A stretch of DNA of 64,000 bases from positions 69,153 through 133,152 of the forward strand of contig JBAZKC010000003.1 of assembly GCA_041651035.1 (NCBI GenBank), given 5' to 3'. Shown piece by piece: positions 52,908-63,048 of the stretch. The DNA is from Candidatus Omnitrophota bacterium. Lineage in GTDB: Bacteria > Omnitrophota > Gorgyraeia > Gygaellales > Profunditerraquicolaceae. Numbering within the stretch: position 1 is the stretch's first letter; each line of letters begins with the position of its first letter. Below the pieces are notes generated by a model. It had not been told where the DNA came from. It saw nothing but the letters and a program-made list of their open reading frames with translations, and searched no databases. Both the position numbers and the translations under genes were made by a program.

Positions 52908-53467
52908 TCTTGATGATCGATAATTACGATTCATTTACCTATAACCTCGTCCAGTATTTAGGGCTGCTGGGAGCGGATGTTAAGGTATTCAGGAACGATA
53001 AAATAACCATAGGACGGATCAAGGAATTAAGGCCGAAGAAGATTGTTATTTCTCCGGGTCCGGGCAGGCCGGAGAACGCGGGTGTTTCCTGCCAGGTAAT
53101 AAGAGAATTCGCCGGCAATATCCCCATATTGGGTGTTTGCCTCGGCCATCAGGCAATAGGGTTTGTTTACGGCGGGCGTATCATCATAGCAAAAAAACTT
53201 ATGCACGGAAAAACCTCCTTTATTTATCATAATCACAAAGAGATATTTAAAGGCATACCGGATCCTTTTGAAGCTACGCGTTACCATTCTCTCCTGGTAG
53301 ATAAAAAGAGCCTGCCGGATTGCCTAGAGATAACCGCCTGGACAAAAGAGCGGGAGATAATGGGATTGAAACACAAGAAATATCCTTTATGGGGGGTGCA
53401 GTTCCATCCGGAGTCTATCCTGACTAAGTCAGGAAAAGATATATTAAATAATTTTCTAAAGCAATGA
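52904..53467 (+). CDS. trpG: anthranilate/aminodeoxychorismate synthase glutamine amidotransferase component
   Basis: Class I GATase motifs [11 protein letters not shown] and GVQFHPES. Confidence 0.85.
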   Translation: MILMIDNYDSFTYNLVQYLGLLGADVKVFRNDKITIGRIKELRPKKIVISPGPGRPENAGVSCQVIREFAGNIPILGVCLGHQAIGFVYGGRIIIAKKLMHGKTSFIYHNHKEIFKGIPDPFEATRYHSLLVDKKSLPDCLEITAWTKEREIMGLKHKKYPLWGVQFHPESILTKSGKDILNNFLKQ

Positions 53468-54474
53468 TATTGGAAGCAACGAAAATATTATCAAAAGGCG
53501 GTGATTTAACCGCTTCCGTAATGGAAGCGGTCATGGAAGAGATAATGACGGGTAAGGCGGGCACGCCCCAGATCGTTTCATTCTTAAGCAACCTGAATGC
53601 CCGGGGTGAGACACCGGAAGAATTAGCCGCGGCTGTCCAGGTTATGCGCCGATACGCCACCAGGATACGCACGAAACACAAGGTTGTATTGGATACCTGC
53701 GGGACAGGCGGAGATAAGAAGCACACATTTAATATTTCTACAGCGGCGGCTTTTGTGGCCAGCGGAGCCGGTGTAGCGGTAGCTAAACACGGCAATCGTT
53801 CTGTGTCCAGTAAGTCGGGCAGCGCGGATGTCATGGATGCCCTGGGTATAAATATTAATATGGATAAAGAGCGGCTCGAGGCCTGCCTGGATGATCTTGG
53901 TATCGCTTTTTTATTCGCGCAGAATCTGCATCCGGCAATGAAATACGCCATGGAGGCAAGAAAAACAATAGGCGCTAAGACCATTTTTAATTTCTTGGGC
54001 CCCTTAAATAACCCCGCCAACGCGACGCACCAATTAGTGGGAGTCTATGACAGCGCCTGGGCGCGTAATTTGGCATACACGCTTAAGGACTTAGGGACAA
54101 AACACGCCCTAGTCGTCTGCGGCAGGGATAATTTAGACGAGATAACTACTACGGACTTAACCGATGTTTTTGAAGTACGCGGTAAGAAAGTAGATAAAGA
54201 TACCATAGACTACGCGGCGCTTGGTTTTGCTAAAGCTTGCCCTGAAGATTTAACAGGAGGCGACGCCTCTGCTAATGCCGGGATCATAACCGATATCTTA
54301 AAAGGAAGGCCCGGGCCTAAGAGGGATATTGTAGTGTTAAACGCCGCCGCGGCTATTTATACGGCGGATAAAGCCGGTTCCCTGAAAGAAGGGATCAAAT
54401 TAGCAATTGATTCCATAGATTCCAGGAAAGCGTTAGAGAAACTGGAGTTATTAAGAGACTACTCCCATAGATGA
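53464..54474 (+). CDS. trpD: anthranilate phosphoribosyltransferase
   Basis: [35 protein letters not shown] motifs. Confidence 0.9.
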   Translation: MILEATKILSKGGDLTASVMEAVMEEIMTGKAGTPQIVSFLSNLNARGETPEELAAAVQVMRRYATRIRTKHKVVLDTCGTGGDKKHTFNISTAAAFVASGAGVAVAKHGNRSVSSKSGSADVMDALGININMDKERLEACLDDLGIAFLFAQNLHPAMKYAMEARKTIGAKTIFNFLGPLNNPANATHQLVGVYDSAWARNLAYTLKDLGTKHALVVCGRDNLDEITTTDLTDVFEVRGKKVDKDTIDYAALGFAKACPEDLTGGDASANAGIITDILKGRPGPKRDIVVLNAAAAIYTADKAGSLKEGIKLAIDSIDSRKALEKLELLRDYSHR

Positions 54475-55259
54475 CAAAGCCTGACGTACTAAAAGAGATT
54501 ATCGTTAAGAAGAAAGAGAAGATCCTTCTGGCAAAACAGAATCTTTCCGAAGAAGGCTTAAAAACAAAGATACAGGCTTTGCCGCCCGCCCGGCCTTTTA
54601 TCGAAGCCATAACTAAGCCCCGCCAAATATCCCTTATTGCTGAGATAAAGAAGATGTCTCCTTCCCGCGGGCTGATACGCCAGGATTTTAACCTGCAGGA
54701 TATCGCCAAGGTTTATCAGGAGGCAGGAGTTCAAGCGGTTTCGGTATTGACCGAAGAGGATTATTTTGGAGGCAGTATTTCCTATCTAGAAGAGGTTAAG
54801 GCTTTGGTAGAGGCGCCTTTGTTAAGGAAAGATTTTATCTTAGAGCCTTATCAGGTTTATGAATCCAGGGCTTATGGGGCAGACGCCATACTTTTGATCG
54901 CGGATCTGCTTACTAAAGATAAGTTAACAGAATTAATGCGGATAGCTGAGAGTCTAGGGCTTGATTACCTGGTTGAGGTCCATGATGAAAAAGAATTAAA
55001 GAAGGTTTTGAATTTAGGAGTGCAATTTATAGGCATAAATAATCGTAACTTACGCACCTTAGAGGTAGACTTTAAGGTTACAGAAAAACTTTTTCCTTTG
55101 ATCCCCAAGGATAAGATCGTAGTTGTAGAGAGCGGGATTAAAAGCTATCAGGACATCTTGTTCTTGAAAATACTGGGGGTCCAGGCGGTTTTAGTCGGCC
55201 AGGTGTTTATGGAAGCCCAAGATATAAAGAAGAAGATCGAAGAGATAATGGGATGGTGA
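54471..55259 (+). CDS. trpC: indole-3-glycerol phosphate synthase
   Basis: IAEIKKMSPSRG and LVEVHDEKEL, NNRNLRTLEVD motifs. Confidence 0.9.
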   Translation: MTKPDVLKEIIVKKKEKILLAKQNLSEEGLKTKIQALPPARPFIEAITKPRQISLIAEIKKMSPSRGLIRQDFNLQDIAKVYQEAGVQAVSVLTEEDYFGGSISYLEEVKALVEAPLLRKDFILEPYQVYESRAYGADAILLIADLLTKDKLTELMRIAESLGLDYLVEVHDEKELKKVLNLGVQFIGINNRNLRTLEVDFKVTEKLFPLIPKDKIVVVESGIKSYQDILFLKILGVQAVLVGQVFMEAQDIKKKIEEIMGW

Positions 55260-55883
55260 GTGGCAAAAGTAAAAATATGCGGGATAACTAATTCAGAAGA
55301 CGCGAAAGCCTCGGTGGATGCCGGATGCGACGCGCTCGGATTTGTTTTCTATAAGAAGAGCCCGCGTTATATTGCCCCGGTTAAGGCCAGAGGCATAATC
55401 AGGCAGTTGGGCCGGCGGGTCATAAAAATAGGCGTATTCTTTAACGCGCGTGAAAAAACGATCAGGCGCGCCGTTAAATTATGCGGCCTGGATATGCTGC
55501 AGTTCCATGGTAGAGAATCTCCGGAATTTTGCGCCAGGTTTGACGGCTGTAAAATAATTAAGGTATTCAGAATAAAAGGCTCGGCAGCTCCGGAAAATTT
55601 ATCAAGATATAAAACATCCGCCTATTTATTTGATACGTTTGTAAAGTCTAAAGCGGGCGGGACCGGCAGGAAGTTCGATTGGAAGTTATTAAGCCGGATA
55701 AATAATAAAATCAGCTGTCCGGTATTTTTATCAGGCGGCCTCAACGAAAAGAATGTCCGGGAAGCTGTAAGATCCGCGCGGCCGGACTGGGTAGATGCTT
55801 CTAGTTCTTTGGAAATAAAACCTGGGAAAAAGGACCCGAAGAAGGTCAGAGAGTTTATCAAGGCGGCAGGAGAGAGGGCGTAA
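55260..55883 (+). CDS. trpF: phosphoribosylanthranilate isomerase (GTG start)
   Basis: [13 protein letters not shown] ... [12 protein letters not shown] ... LSGGLN. Confidence 0.85.
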   Translation: MAKVKICGITNSEDAKASVDAGCDALGFVFYKKSPRYIAPVKARGIIRQLGRRVIKIGVFFNAREKTIRRAVKLCGLDMLQFHGRESPEFCARFDGCKIIKVFRIKGSAAPENLSRYKTSAYLFDTFVKSKAGGTGRKFDWKLLSRINNKISCPVFLSGGLNEKNVREAVRSARPDWVDASSSLEIKPGKKDPKKVREFIKAAGERA

Positions 55884-55885
55884 AA

Positions 55886-56230
55886 ATGAAGAAATGCCCA
55901 TATTGCGCGGAAAATATACAGGACGACGCCATAAAATGCAGGTTTTGTAACGAGTTCCTTAAAAAGAGATGGCAGAAAAGCTGTTTCTTTAATTGTTTTA
56001 TCGTATTTATCATAGTATTCATATTGGCAGTATTATTTATATACCTTAGCTTGGCGGCATTTAAATTCGCTTTTCATAAGATATTTTTCGTTGAACCTCA
56101 TTTTTCGCAGCATTACCTGTCTTTTACCGGCTACGGCATAGAAGGGGCATTAAAAGAATTCGGCGAGGTTTTCAGGGCGCTTTGGGAAAGAACTCTGGAT
56201 TTTCTTCAGGGTAGCCCCCCGGAATTATAG
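55886..56230 (+). CDS. small zinc-ribbon membrane protein inserted in the trp operon
   Basis: [22 protein letters not shown] (CxxC-x11-CxxC), then one TM helix [17 protein letters not shown]. 114 aa. Sits between trpF and trpB. Confidence 0.5.
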   Translation: MKKCPYCAENIQDDAIKCRFCNEFLKKRWQKSCFFNCFIVFIIVFILAVLFIYLSLAAFKFAFHKIFFVEPHFSQHYLSFTGYGIEGALKEFGEVFRALWERTLDFLQGSPPEL

Positions 56231-56254
56231 CAGGAAATTTTTTAGGAGAGAGAT

Positions 56255-57436
56255 ATGTTACCGGATAAATCAGGGCATTTTAATGGTTTTGGCGGGAGGT
56301 TTGTTCCCGAGACGCTGATCTTTGCCTTAGATGAGTTAGAGAAGGAATACCTTAAGGCAAAGCGCGACAAAAGGTTCATCCGGCAGCTCGCGTATTATTT
56401 TAAAGAATATGCCGGCCGGCCCACTCCATTATACCTTGCCAAGAATTTAAGCAGGCATTTAGGTATAAATAAAATATACCTGAAAAGAGAGGATCTGCTC
56501 CATACTGGAGCGCATAAAATAAATAATACCCTTGGCCAGGTGCTGCTTGCGCTTAGAATGAAGAAGCCGCGTATTATCGCTGAGACAGGAGCAGGCCAGC
56601 ATGGGGTAGCTACCGCTACAGTCGCGGCATTGTTTGGCCTTAAGTGTGATATCTATATGGGTACAGAAGATATCGAGAGGCAGAAATTAAACGTCTTTCG
56701 GATGAAGCTATTAGGTGCCCGCGTGATTCCGGTTAAAAGCGGGTCTAAGACCTTAAAAGACGCTATGACAGAGGCGCTAAGAGACTGGGTGACCAATGTG
56801 CGCACAACACATTATATTATCGGCAGTGTCGCCGGGCCGCATCCTTATCCTATGATGGTGCGCGATTTCCAATCGGTGATCGGCAAGGAAGCAAGAAAGC
56901 AGATCTTAGAAAAAGAGAAAAGGCTTCCGGATTATCTGGTTGCCTGCGTAGGCGGCGGCAGTAATGCCATGGGATTGTTCCATCCATTTTTCAAAGACAA
57001 GAAGGTAAAATTCATCGGCGTAGAAGCAGCAGGCCTGGGGCTTGCTTCAGGTAAGCACGCCGCTACCTTGATAGGCGGAATGCCTGGAGTCCTTCACGGC
57101 TCAAAATCCATGGTCCTGGAGGATAAATTCGGGCAGATCAAGATCGCCCACTCTATCGCTGCCGGCTTAGATTATCCCGGGGTAGGCCCGGAGCACGCTT
57201 ATTATAAAAAAATAGGCAGGGCAGCTTACGCGGCAGTTAATGACAAAGAAGCATTGGAAGGTTTTAAATTACTCTCCGAGACAGAGGGGATAATCCCCGC
57301 CCTTGAACCAGCGCACGCTATTTTCTATTTAAAGGCATTGTCCGCTAAAATAAACAGGAATTCTCTTGTTATAGTAAATCTGTCCGGAAGGGGAGATAAG
57401 GATACCTACGCGGTCGCGGAGAGATTAAACTTGTAA
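56255..57436 (+). CDS. trpB: tryptophan synthase beta chain
   Basis: [15 protein letters not shown]-lysine region [17 protein letters not shown]. Confidence 0.95.
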   Translation: MLPDKSGHFNGFGGRFVPETLIFALDELEKEYLKAKRDKRFIRQLAYYFKEYAGRPTPLYLAKNLSRHLGINKIYLKREDLLHTGAHKINNTLGQVLLALRMKKPRIIAETGAGQHGVATATVAALFGLKCDIYMGTEDIERQKLNVFRMKLLGARVIPVKSGSKTLKDAMTEALRDWVTNVRTTHYIIGSVAGPHPYPMMVRDFQSVIGKEARKQILEKEKRLPDYLVACVGGGSNAMGLFHPFFKDKKVKFIGVEAAGLGLASGKHAATLIGGMPGVLHGSKSMVLEDKFGQIKIAHSIAAGLDYPGVGPEHAYYKKIGRAAYAAVNDKEALEGFKLLSETEGIIPALEPAHAIFYLKALSAKINRNSLVIVNLSGRGDKDTYAVAERLNL

Positions 57437-57456
57437 AATACCCAAGAGGTCTTCAA

Positions 57457-58242
57457 ATGAATAGAATTGACAAAAAGTTTAAAGAGTTAAAGGCGGGGAA
57501 CAGAAAGGCATTCATCGCTTTTATCACTGCCGGATACCCTGATCTTAAGACTACAGGAAAACTGGTATTGGAATTTGCTAAAATAGGCGTGGATATCGTG
57601 GAATTAGGAGTGCCTTTTTCCGATCCTCTGGCTGACGGGCCGGTAATTCAGGAATCATCCCAGCAAGCGCTGAAGAAAAATACCCGTTTGTCCGGCATAT
57701 TAAGCCTGGTAAAAAGAGTCCGTAAGGTTACGGATATGCCAATATGCCTCATGTCGTATTACAATCCCATATTTTGTTTTGGCGAAGAAAGATTTATCAG
57801 TAAGGCAAGAGAGTCCGGAGTTGACGGCGTGATCATTCCGGACCTTCCTCCTGAAGAAGGCCGGGCGTTTATTAAAAGTGCTAATATCGCCGGGCTTGAT
57901 GTGGTATGTTTTATTTCTCCTACGAGCAGCCTTAAGCGTATCAAATTTATATCCAGAGTCTCCGGAGGATTCATCTACTATGTTTCCTTAACCGGTGTTA
58001 CCGGTGCGCGCAGGAGCTTGCCGCAAGGCCTTATTAAGAAAATAAAGGAAGTAAAAAAATATACGCGTAAACCTGTATGCGTGGGGTTTGGGGTGTCTAA
58101 TCAGGCGCAGGTAAAACAGATATCTAAATTCGCCGACGGCGTGATCCTGGGAAGCGCTATCGTTAGAAATATCAAAGATAATCTCGGCAGCCCGGATTTA
58201 GTTAAAAAGGTAAGCGCTTTTGTGAGGAGCTTAAAAACATGA
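57457..58242 (+). CDS. trpA: tryptophan synthase alpha chain
   Basis: AFIAFITAGYPD ... ELGVPFSDPLADGPVIQ motifs. Confidence 0.9.
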   Translation: MNRIDKKFKELKAGNRKAFIAFITAGYPDLKTTGKLVLEFAKIGVDIVELGVPFSDPLADGPVIQESSQQALKKNTRLSGILSLVKRVRKVTDMPICLMSYYNPIFCFGEERFISKARESGVDGVIIPDLPPEEGRAFIKSANIAGLDVVCFISPTSSLKRIKFISRVSGGFIYYVSLTGVTGARRSLPQGLIKKIKEVKKYTRKPVCVGFGVSNQAQVKQISKFADGVILGSAIVRNIKDNLGSPDLVKKVSAFVRSLKT

Positions 58243-59516
58243 TCCAGCAATACAAAAATACAATATTAGATAACGGATTAAAGATCATTGCCCATGATAT
58301 GCCGGACAGGCTGTCTTTGGCTCTGGGTATCTGGATAAAAGCCGGCGGCAGATACGAGTCGGATAAAGTTAAAGGTATCTCACATTTTTTAGAGCATCTG
58401 CTCTTTAAGGGCACCAAAAAATACTCCTGCCGTAAGCTAAAAGAATCTATCGAGGGCTTAGGAGGAGCCTTAAACGGTTTTACCAGCGAAGAGTTGACTT
58501 GTTATCTGGTAAAAATACCCGCTTCTCACTGGGAATTGGCGTCGGATGTCTTATCAGATATGGTGATAAACCCCTCTTTGCCCGGTTCCGAGGTAGAAAA
58601 AGAAAAGGCGGTGATCTTGGAAGAGATAAAGATGTATAGGGACCAGCCCGCCAGCTATGTGTATGAATTACTGGATGAACTTCTATGGCCCGGGCAGCCC
58701 CTGGGAGCGCCTATAATAGGGACAGCCGGCTCCGTTACTAAATTAACGAGGCAAGATCTAAGTTCATTTAAACAGGAATATTATACTCCGGGAAATATAG
58801 TAATCAGCGCGGCGGGCAGGTTGGATTTTGATAAGCTGGTTAAGAAAACAGCGAAGTGTTTTTCGGGACAGAGAAAACAGGGGATAAACACCTTTTCCAA
58901 AGTTAAGGAAGAACAGGCTGTTCCTCAGCTTAAGGTTTTTCATAAAGATACGGAACAAACCCACATGGCCTTGGGTTTTCACGCTTTTAAGCGGGGCCAT
59001 CCTTTAAGGCACGCTTTGGGTATACTGCATGTGATATTGGGCGCTAATATGTCCAGCCGGCTTTTTGAAGAGTTGAGAGAGAAAAGAGGCATGGCCTATG
59101 AGATCGGCACAATGGTTAAGCGTTATCAGGATACAGGTGCTTTCATAGTACATGCCGGTATTGATAACCGTAAGGCGCCCGAGGCAATAAAATTGATCTT
59201 AAAAGAACTGCAAAAATGTAAATATGAACCGGTAACCACCGACGCCTTTAAGCGCGCGAAGGAATTTTACATAGGCCAGCTTATGCTCGCCCTGGAAGAT
59301 ACTTTAGACCATATGCTTTGGATAGGAGAAACAACGGCTGCCCTGGATAAGGCCTATTCCCTTGAAGACATAATTAAAGAGGTGAACAGAATAAAGAGAG
59401 AAGACGTCAAAGAAGTTGCTAAACGCGTATTCAAGAAAGAAAACCTGAATCTGGCGCTTATCGGGCCGCTGGAAAACAGCGAAGAACAGGTATGCAGACA
59501 ACTCGTCATGGAGTAA
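58239..59516 (+). CDS. M16-family zinc peptidase (insulinase-like)
   Basis: Inverted zinc motif HFLEHLLFKGT (HxxEH). 425 aa. Confidence 0.85.
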   Translation: MIQQYKNTILDNGLKIIAHDMPDRLSLALGIWIKAGGRYESDKVKGISHFLEHLLFKGTKKYSCRKLKESIEGLGGALNGFTSEELTCYLVKIPASHWELASDVLSDMVINPSLPGSEVEKEKAVILEEIKMYRDQPASYVYELLDELLWPGQPLGAPIIGTAGSVTKLTRQDLSSFKQEYYTPGNIVISAAGRLDFDKLVKKTAKCFSGQRKQGINTFSKVKEEQAVPQLKVFHKDTEQTHMALGFHAFKRGHPLRHALGILHVILGANMSSRLFEELREKRGMAYEIGTMVKRYQDTGAFIVHAGIDNRKAPEAIKLILKELQKCKYEPVTTDAFKRAKEFYIGQLMLALEDTLDHMLWIGETTAALDKAYSLEDIIKEVNRIKREDVKEVAKRVFKKENLNLALIGPLENSEEQVCRQLVME

Positions 59517-59520
59517 TAGA

Positions 59521-60540
59521 ATGGAACAAATATTGTCTCTTCCCCAAATAATATTTATATTGATTCTTATGATTTTTTCATTCTTTTTTTCTGTTTCAGA
59601 GACATCAATTATCAGTTTAAGCAGGATACGCCTGCGCCATATGCTATCTAAGGGCATAAAACGCGCCCAGCATATCCAGCGATTAGTCGATAACCTGGAC
59701 AAATTTATTGTAGCTATTTTAGTAGGGAATAATCTTGTGAATATCGCTATGTCCGCTATTATTACGGCGATATTTGTCCGTGTATTCGGCTTTGACTGGG
59801 GTGTACTTATAGCGACATTAGTAACTACAATATTGGTGCTTATTTTATGCGAGATCATCCCTAAGATATTAGCCATAAAACATACGGAAAAATTTGCCTT
59901 ATTTGCCGCGCCTTTAATGGAATTGTTTATTAAGATATTCCGTCCCGTTATCAGCATATTCATGTGGATAGGCAATTTTATTTTGAAGATGTTCGGAATA
60001 AAATATTCTAAAAAATCGCCTTTAATAACCGAGGAAGAATTACGTCTGATGATAGAAGTGGGAAAAGAAGAAGGCGTGGTAAGCGATGAAGAAAGGAAGA
60101 TGCTGCATCGCATCTTTGAGTTCGGCGATACGCGCTTAAGCGATGTGATGATACCAAAAGAAAAGATCGTCTCCGTCAGCATCAATATTTCTCCCGAAGA
60201 GTTATTAAATATCTTCGTGGAAGAAGGGCATGCCCGGCTTCCGGTATATGAAGGAGCCGTGGATAATATCATAGGGATCATCTATGCCAGGGACCTGCTG
60301 TATATACTAAGGGACAAAGGCTTGTTTATGCTGCAGGATCTGGTGCGCGAAGCGTATTATGTTCCCCCTAAGATGAAGGTGAATGATCTTTTAAGGACTT
60401 TTCAGGCGGATAAGATCCAGATCGCGATCGTAGTCGATGAACACAAGAAAACCTTAGGCTTGTTAACGCTGGAAGACTTGATCGAAGAGATAGTCGGCGA
60501 GATCGAGGATAAACATAACAGCAAGCGCCATGCCAAATAG
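59521..60540 (+). CDS. CNNM/HlyC-CorC family transporter (DUF21 + CBS pair + CorC_HlyC)
   Basis: N-terminal DUF21 TM domain FFFSVSETSIISLSRIRLRHM, CBS pair, C-terminal LEDLIEEIVGEIEDKH. Confidence 0.85.
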   Translation: MEQILSLPQIIFILILMIFSFFFSVSETSIISLSRIRLRHMLSKGIKRAQHIQRLVDNLDKFIVAILVGNNLVNIAMSAIITAIFVRVFGFDWGVLIATLVTTILVLILCEIIPKILAIKHTEKFALFAAPLMELFIKIFRPVISIFMWIGNFILKMFGIKYSKKSPLITEEELRLMIEVGKEEGVVSDEERKMLHRIFEFGDTRLSDVMIPKEKIVSVSINISPEELLNIFVEEGHARLPVYEGAVDNIIGIIYARDLLYILRDKGLFMLQDLVREAYYVPPKMKVNDLLRTFQADKIQIAIVVDEHKKTLGLLTLEDLIEEIVGEIEDKHNSKRHAK

Positions 60541-60591
60541 GATCCCGGCGCAAATAAACATAAGGGACGGTTTGAAAATTATATGAATATA

Positions 60592-60620
60592 TTGACAGCC
60601 GGATTAACCTATGTTAATAT
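60592..60620 (+). promoter_or_regulatory. near-consensus sigma70 promoter (TTGACA-17 nt-TAATAT)
   Basis: TTGACA at 60592-60597, 17-nt spacer, TAATAT at 60615-60620. Located ~60 nt upstream of the small ORF start and its AAAGGAGG SD. Confidence 0.55.
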
Positions 60621-60680
60621 AAACGAACGTATAAAACGGGCTCCATAACCCCAAGCATTTATTTAAAAAGGAGGATACAA

Positions 60681-60830
60681 ATGGCGGAAACCGGATATTG
60701 CGTAAAGTGTAAGAGCAAGAAAGAAATGAAGGACGAACAGAAGGTCACCATGAAAAACAAGCGCTTGGCCGTAAAGGGTAAGTGTACTTGCTGCGGCACG
60801 GGCATGTATAAGATCTTAGGAAAGAAATAG
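60681..60830 (+). CDS. 49-aa zinc-ribbon small protein (DUF5679-like), absent from the >=60-aa ORF track
   Basis: MAETGYCVKCKSKKEMKDEQKVTMKNKRLAVKGKCTCCGTGMYKILGKK. CxxC ... CxCC pattern, strong SD AAAGGAGG 7 nt upstream, own promoter. Confidence 0.55.
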   Translation: MAETGYCVKCKSKKEMKDEQKVTMKNKRLAVKGKCTCCGTGMYKILGKK

Positions 60831-60936
60831 TATTTTCTTCGCAGGAGGGAGATCTCCAATAGACTCAAAACAGACGGCACTGCGTATTGCCGCGGTTGCT
60901 AAAGCCAAAAAAGCTCAAAAAGTAATTATTCTTGAT

Positions 60937-61263
60937 ATGCGCAAGGTTTCCGGCTTCTGCGATTATTTTGTTATCGCCAGCGCGTTGTCATTGAGGCAGG
61001 TGAATGCCATAGCCTCAGGCATACAAGAAGACCTGTCCCGCCCTTCATCAGGGCATAAAGAAATGCCGGATGAAAGGCGGGATATAGATAAAATAAGATG
61101 CCTCTCGAAGGTTTCCCCCACCGATGAATCAGGATGGGTGGTTTTAGATTACGCCTCTGTTGTGGCCCATATATTTTACAAACCGATGAGAGAATTTTAT
61201 TCTTTAGAGCGTTTATGGGGTGATGCCAAGAGAGTCAGTATTCCCAGAGGCGCTAGAAAATAA
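60937..61263 (+). CDS. rsfS: ribosomal silencing factor RsfS (Iojap family); true start probably upstream at a non-ATG codon
   Basis: DYFVIASALSLRQVNAIASGIQEDL core. The conserved N-terminal segment (TALRIAAVAKAKKAQKVIILD) is encoded in-frame upstream of the first ATG, after a GGAGGGAG SD at 60844-60851. Confidence 0.75.
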   Translation: MRKVSGFCDYFVIASALSLRQVNAIASGIQEDLSRPSSGHKEMPDERRDIDKIRCLSKVSPTDESGWVVLDYASVVAHIFYKPMREFYSLERLWGDAKRVSIPRGARK

Positions 61264-61333
61264 TTCCCCACCCGACTATCCCTTTCTGAGTTTTTTCTTT
61301 AAACAGGTTATAAATCAAGGAGACGGTGTTAAG

Positions 61334-62992
61334 GTGAAGGATAACATTCAAGACTTGCTGGTTATGGCGATAAAAGATTCGTTAAAAGGCCTTAATCTGG
61401 ATAAGCCTTATAATGAAGAATTATATCTGGATTTTCCGGCTGACTGCCGGTTTGGTGATTTTTCCAGTAACATCGCCTTAAAGATAAGCAAGCTGGTTAA
61501 GAAGGCTCCGCTTGAGGCCGCTAAGGATATCGTAGAAATCATAAGGCAGAACTTAGAGGAAGGCCCTGCTAAAGATTACATAAAAGAAGTCAGGATCGAA
61601 GGCGCGGGATTCATAAATTTCTATTTAAATGATACGTATTTTTATGAGGAGCTCAAAGATGTACTTAGAAGAGGAAGGGCGGCTCTCCGTAAAGACCTCG
61701 GTAAGGGAAAACGGGTTTTAGTAGAGTTCGTGAGCGCTAACCCCACAGGGCCCCTGTCAGTCGCCCATGCCAGGCAGGCAGCAGTAGGCGACAGCCTGGC
61801 GAATATATTGGATTACCTGGGATTTAAGGTTAAGAGGGAATATTATCTTAACGATGAGGGCAACCAGATAAATATACTGGGTAAATCCGTGGCATTAAGG
61901 CGCAGGGAATTAAGCGGAGAGAATGTGGAATTTCCCGGAGAATATTATCAGGGAGATTATATTTATGATATAGCAAAGCAGTCCCTGGCCGCAAAGCGCT
62001 GGGGATTTTCCAGAAAGATCCAGGAAAAAGACCTCTCAGAGTTCGCAGCAAACTGTATATTGAATATAATCGAGAAAGAGCTGGATGATTTCGGGATAAA
62101 GTTTGATTGTTGGTATTCTCAAAAAGCCTTAAGGAAGAGCGGTAAGATCGATAAGGCGCTGGATTCTTTAAAGAAAAGAGGATTCCTCTATGAGCAAGAA
62201 GGAGCGTTATGGTTTAAATCTACCTCGCTGGGTGATGATAAGGACCGGGTATTAATAAAAAGCGACGGCTCTTATACGTACCTGGCACCCGATGTAGCTT
62301 ACCACCGGGAAAAATACAAGAGGGGTTTTGAGTGGTTGATAAACCTTTGGGGGCCGGACCACCACGGTTATATAAACAGGATAAGAGCAGCGGTCCAGGC
62401 ATTGGATAATTCCGCCGATTCTTTATCGGTAGTCATCGTGCAATTAGCGACCATATTTAAGAACGGCAAGTCCATAGAAATGTCTACCCGCAAAGGACAG
62501 TATATAACCCTAAGAGAGGTGCTCGATGAGGTAGGAAAGGATGCTTCCAGGTTTTTTTTCCTGATGCGCCGCACCTCAAGCCACTTGGATTTTGATTTGG
62601 ATATCGCCAAGAAGCAAACACCGGAAAACCCCGTATATTATGTGCAGTATGCCCATGCCAGGATCTGTAGTATTTTGCAAAACAGCCCGGTAAAAATAAG
62701 CAGCAATACGGATTTGTCAGCGCTAAAGGAAAAGGAAGAGCTGGCCCTGATAAAGAAAACATTGCAATTCCCGGACACATTAAATATTTGCTTAAACACG
62801 CTTGATCCGTATATGTTAACAGTGTATTTGCAGGAGCTTTCAGAGAGTTTCCATAGATTCTATGACCGGCACCGCGTGTTAGGCCAGGGTGATTCATTAA
62901 CTAAAGCCCGGCTTGCCCTTATCCAAGCAACAAAAACAGTTATTTCAACGGGCCTGGAGTTATTAGGCGTATCCAGCCCGGCTAAGATGTGA
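61334..62992 (+). CDS. argS: arginyl-tRNA synthetase
   Basis: HIGH-like SANPTGPLSVAHAR and class I body. Start set at the GTG of VKDNIQDLL (a conserved N-terminus) rather than the upstream in-frame ATG 61220, which overlaps rsfS. Confidence 0.85.
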   Translation: MKDNIQDLLVMAIKDSLKGLNLDKPYNEELYLDFPADCRFGDFSSNIALKISKLVKKAPLEAAKDIVEIIRQNLEEGPAKDYIKEVRIEGAGFINFYLNDTYFYEELKDVLRRGRAALRKDLGKGKRVLVEFVSANPTGPLSVAHARQAAVGDSLANILDYLGFKVKREYYLNDEGNQINILGKSVALRRRELSGENVEFPGEYYQGDYIYDIAKQSLAAKRWGFSRKIQEKDLSEFAANCILNIIEKELDDFGIKFDCWYSQKALRKSGKIDKALDSLKKRGFLYEQEGALWFKSTSLGDDKDRVLIKSDGSYTYLAPDVAYHREKYKRGFEWLINLWGPDHHGYINRIRAAVQALDNSADSLSVVIVQLATIFKNGKSIEMSTRKGQYITLREVLDEVGKDASRFFFLMRRTSSHLDFDLDIAKKQTPENPVYYVQYAHARICSILQNSPVKISSNTDLSALKEKEELALIKKTLQFPDTLNICLNTLDPYMLTVYLQELSESFHRFYDRHRVLGQGDSLTKARLALIQATKTVISTGLELLGVSSPAKM

Positions 62993-63002
62993 TCGCCCTC
63001 AA

Positions 63003-63040
63003 ACAACTTACGTTCACTCGCACTCCGTAAAGCATACATT
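63003..63040 (+). repeat. truncated third copy of the 3' hairpin module of the repeated element
   Basis: AACTTACGTTCACTCGCACTCCGTAAAG. ACTTACG pairs with CGTAAAG at one mismatch, and the inner CTCGCACTCCG resembles copy A's CGCTCCTTCGGAGTCTCCG. Confidence 0.3.
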
Positions 63041-63048
63041 CGTTTAAA

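Noticed and set aside
61220-61333. argS starting at ATG 61220 (MMPRESVFPEALENNSPPDYPFLSFFF...).
   Set aside because: It overlaps the rsfS 3' end and is not ArgS-like. The conserved ArgS N-terminus (VKDNIQDLL) begins at a GTG at 61334, with AAGGAG 11 nt upstream.
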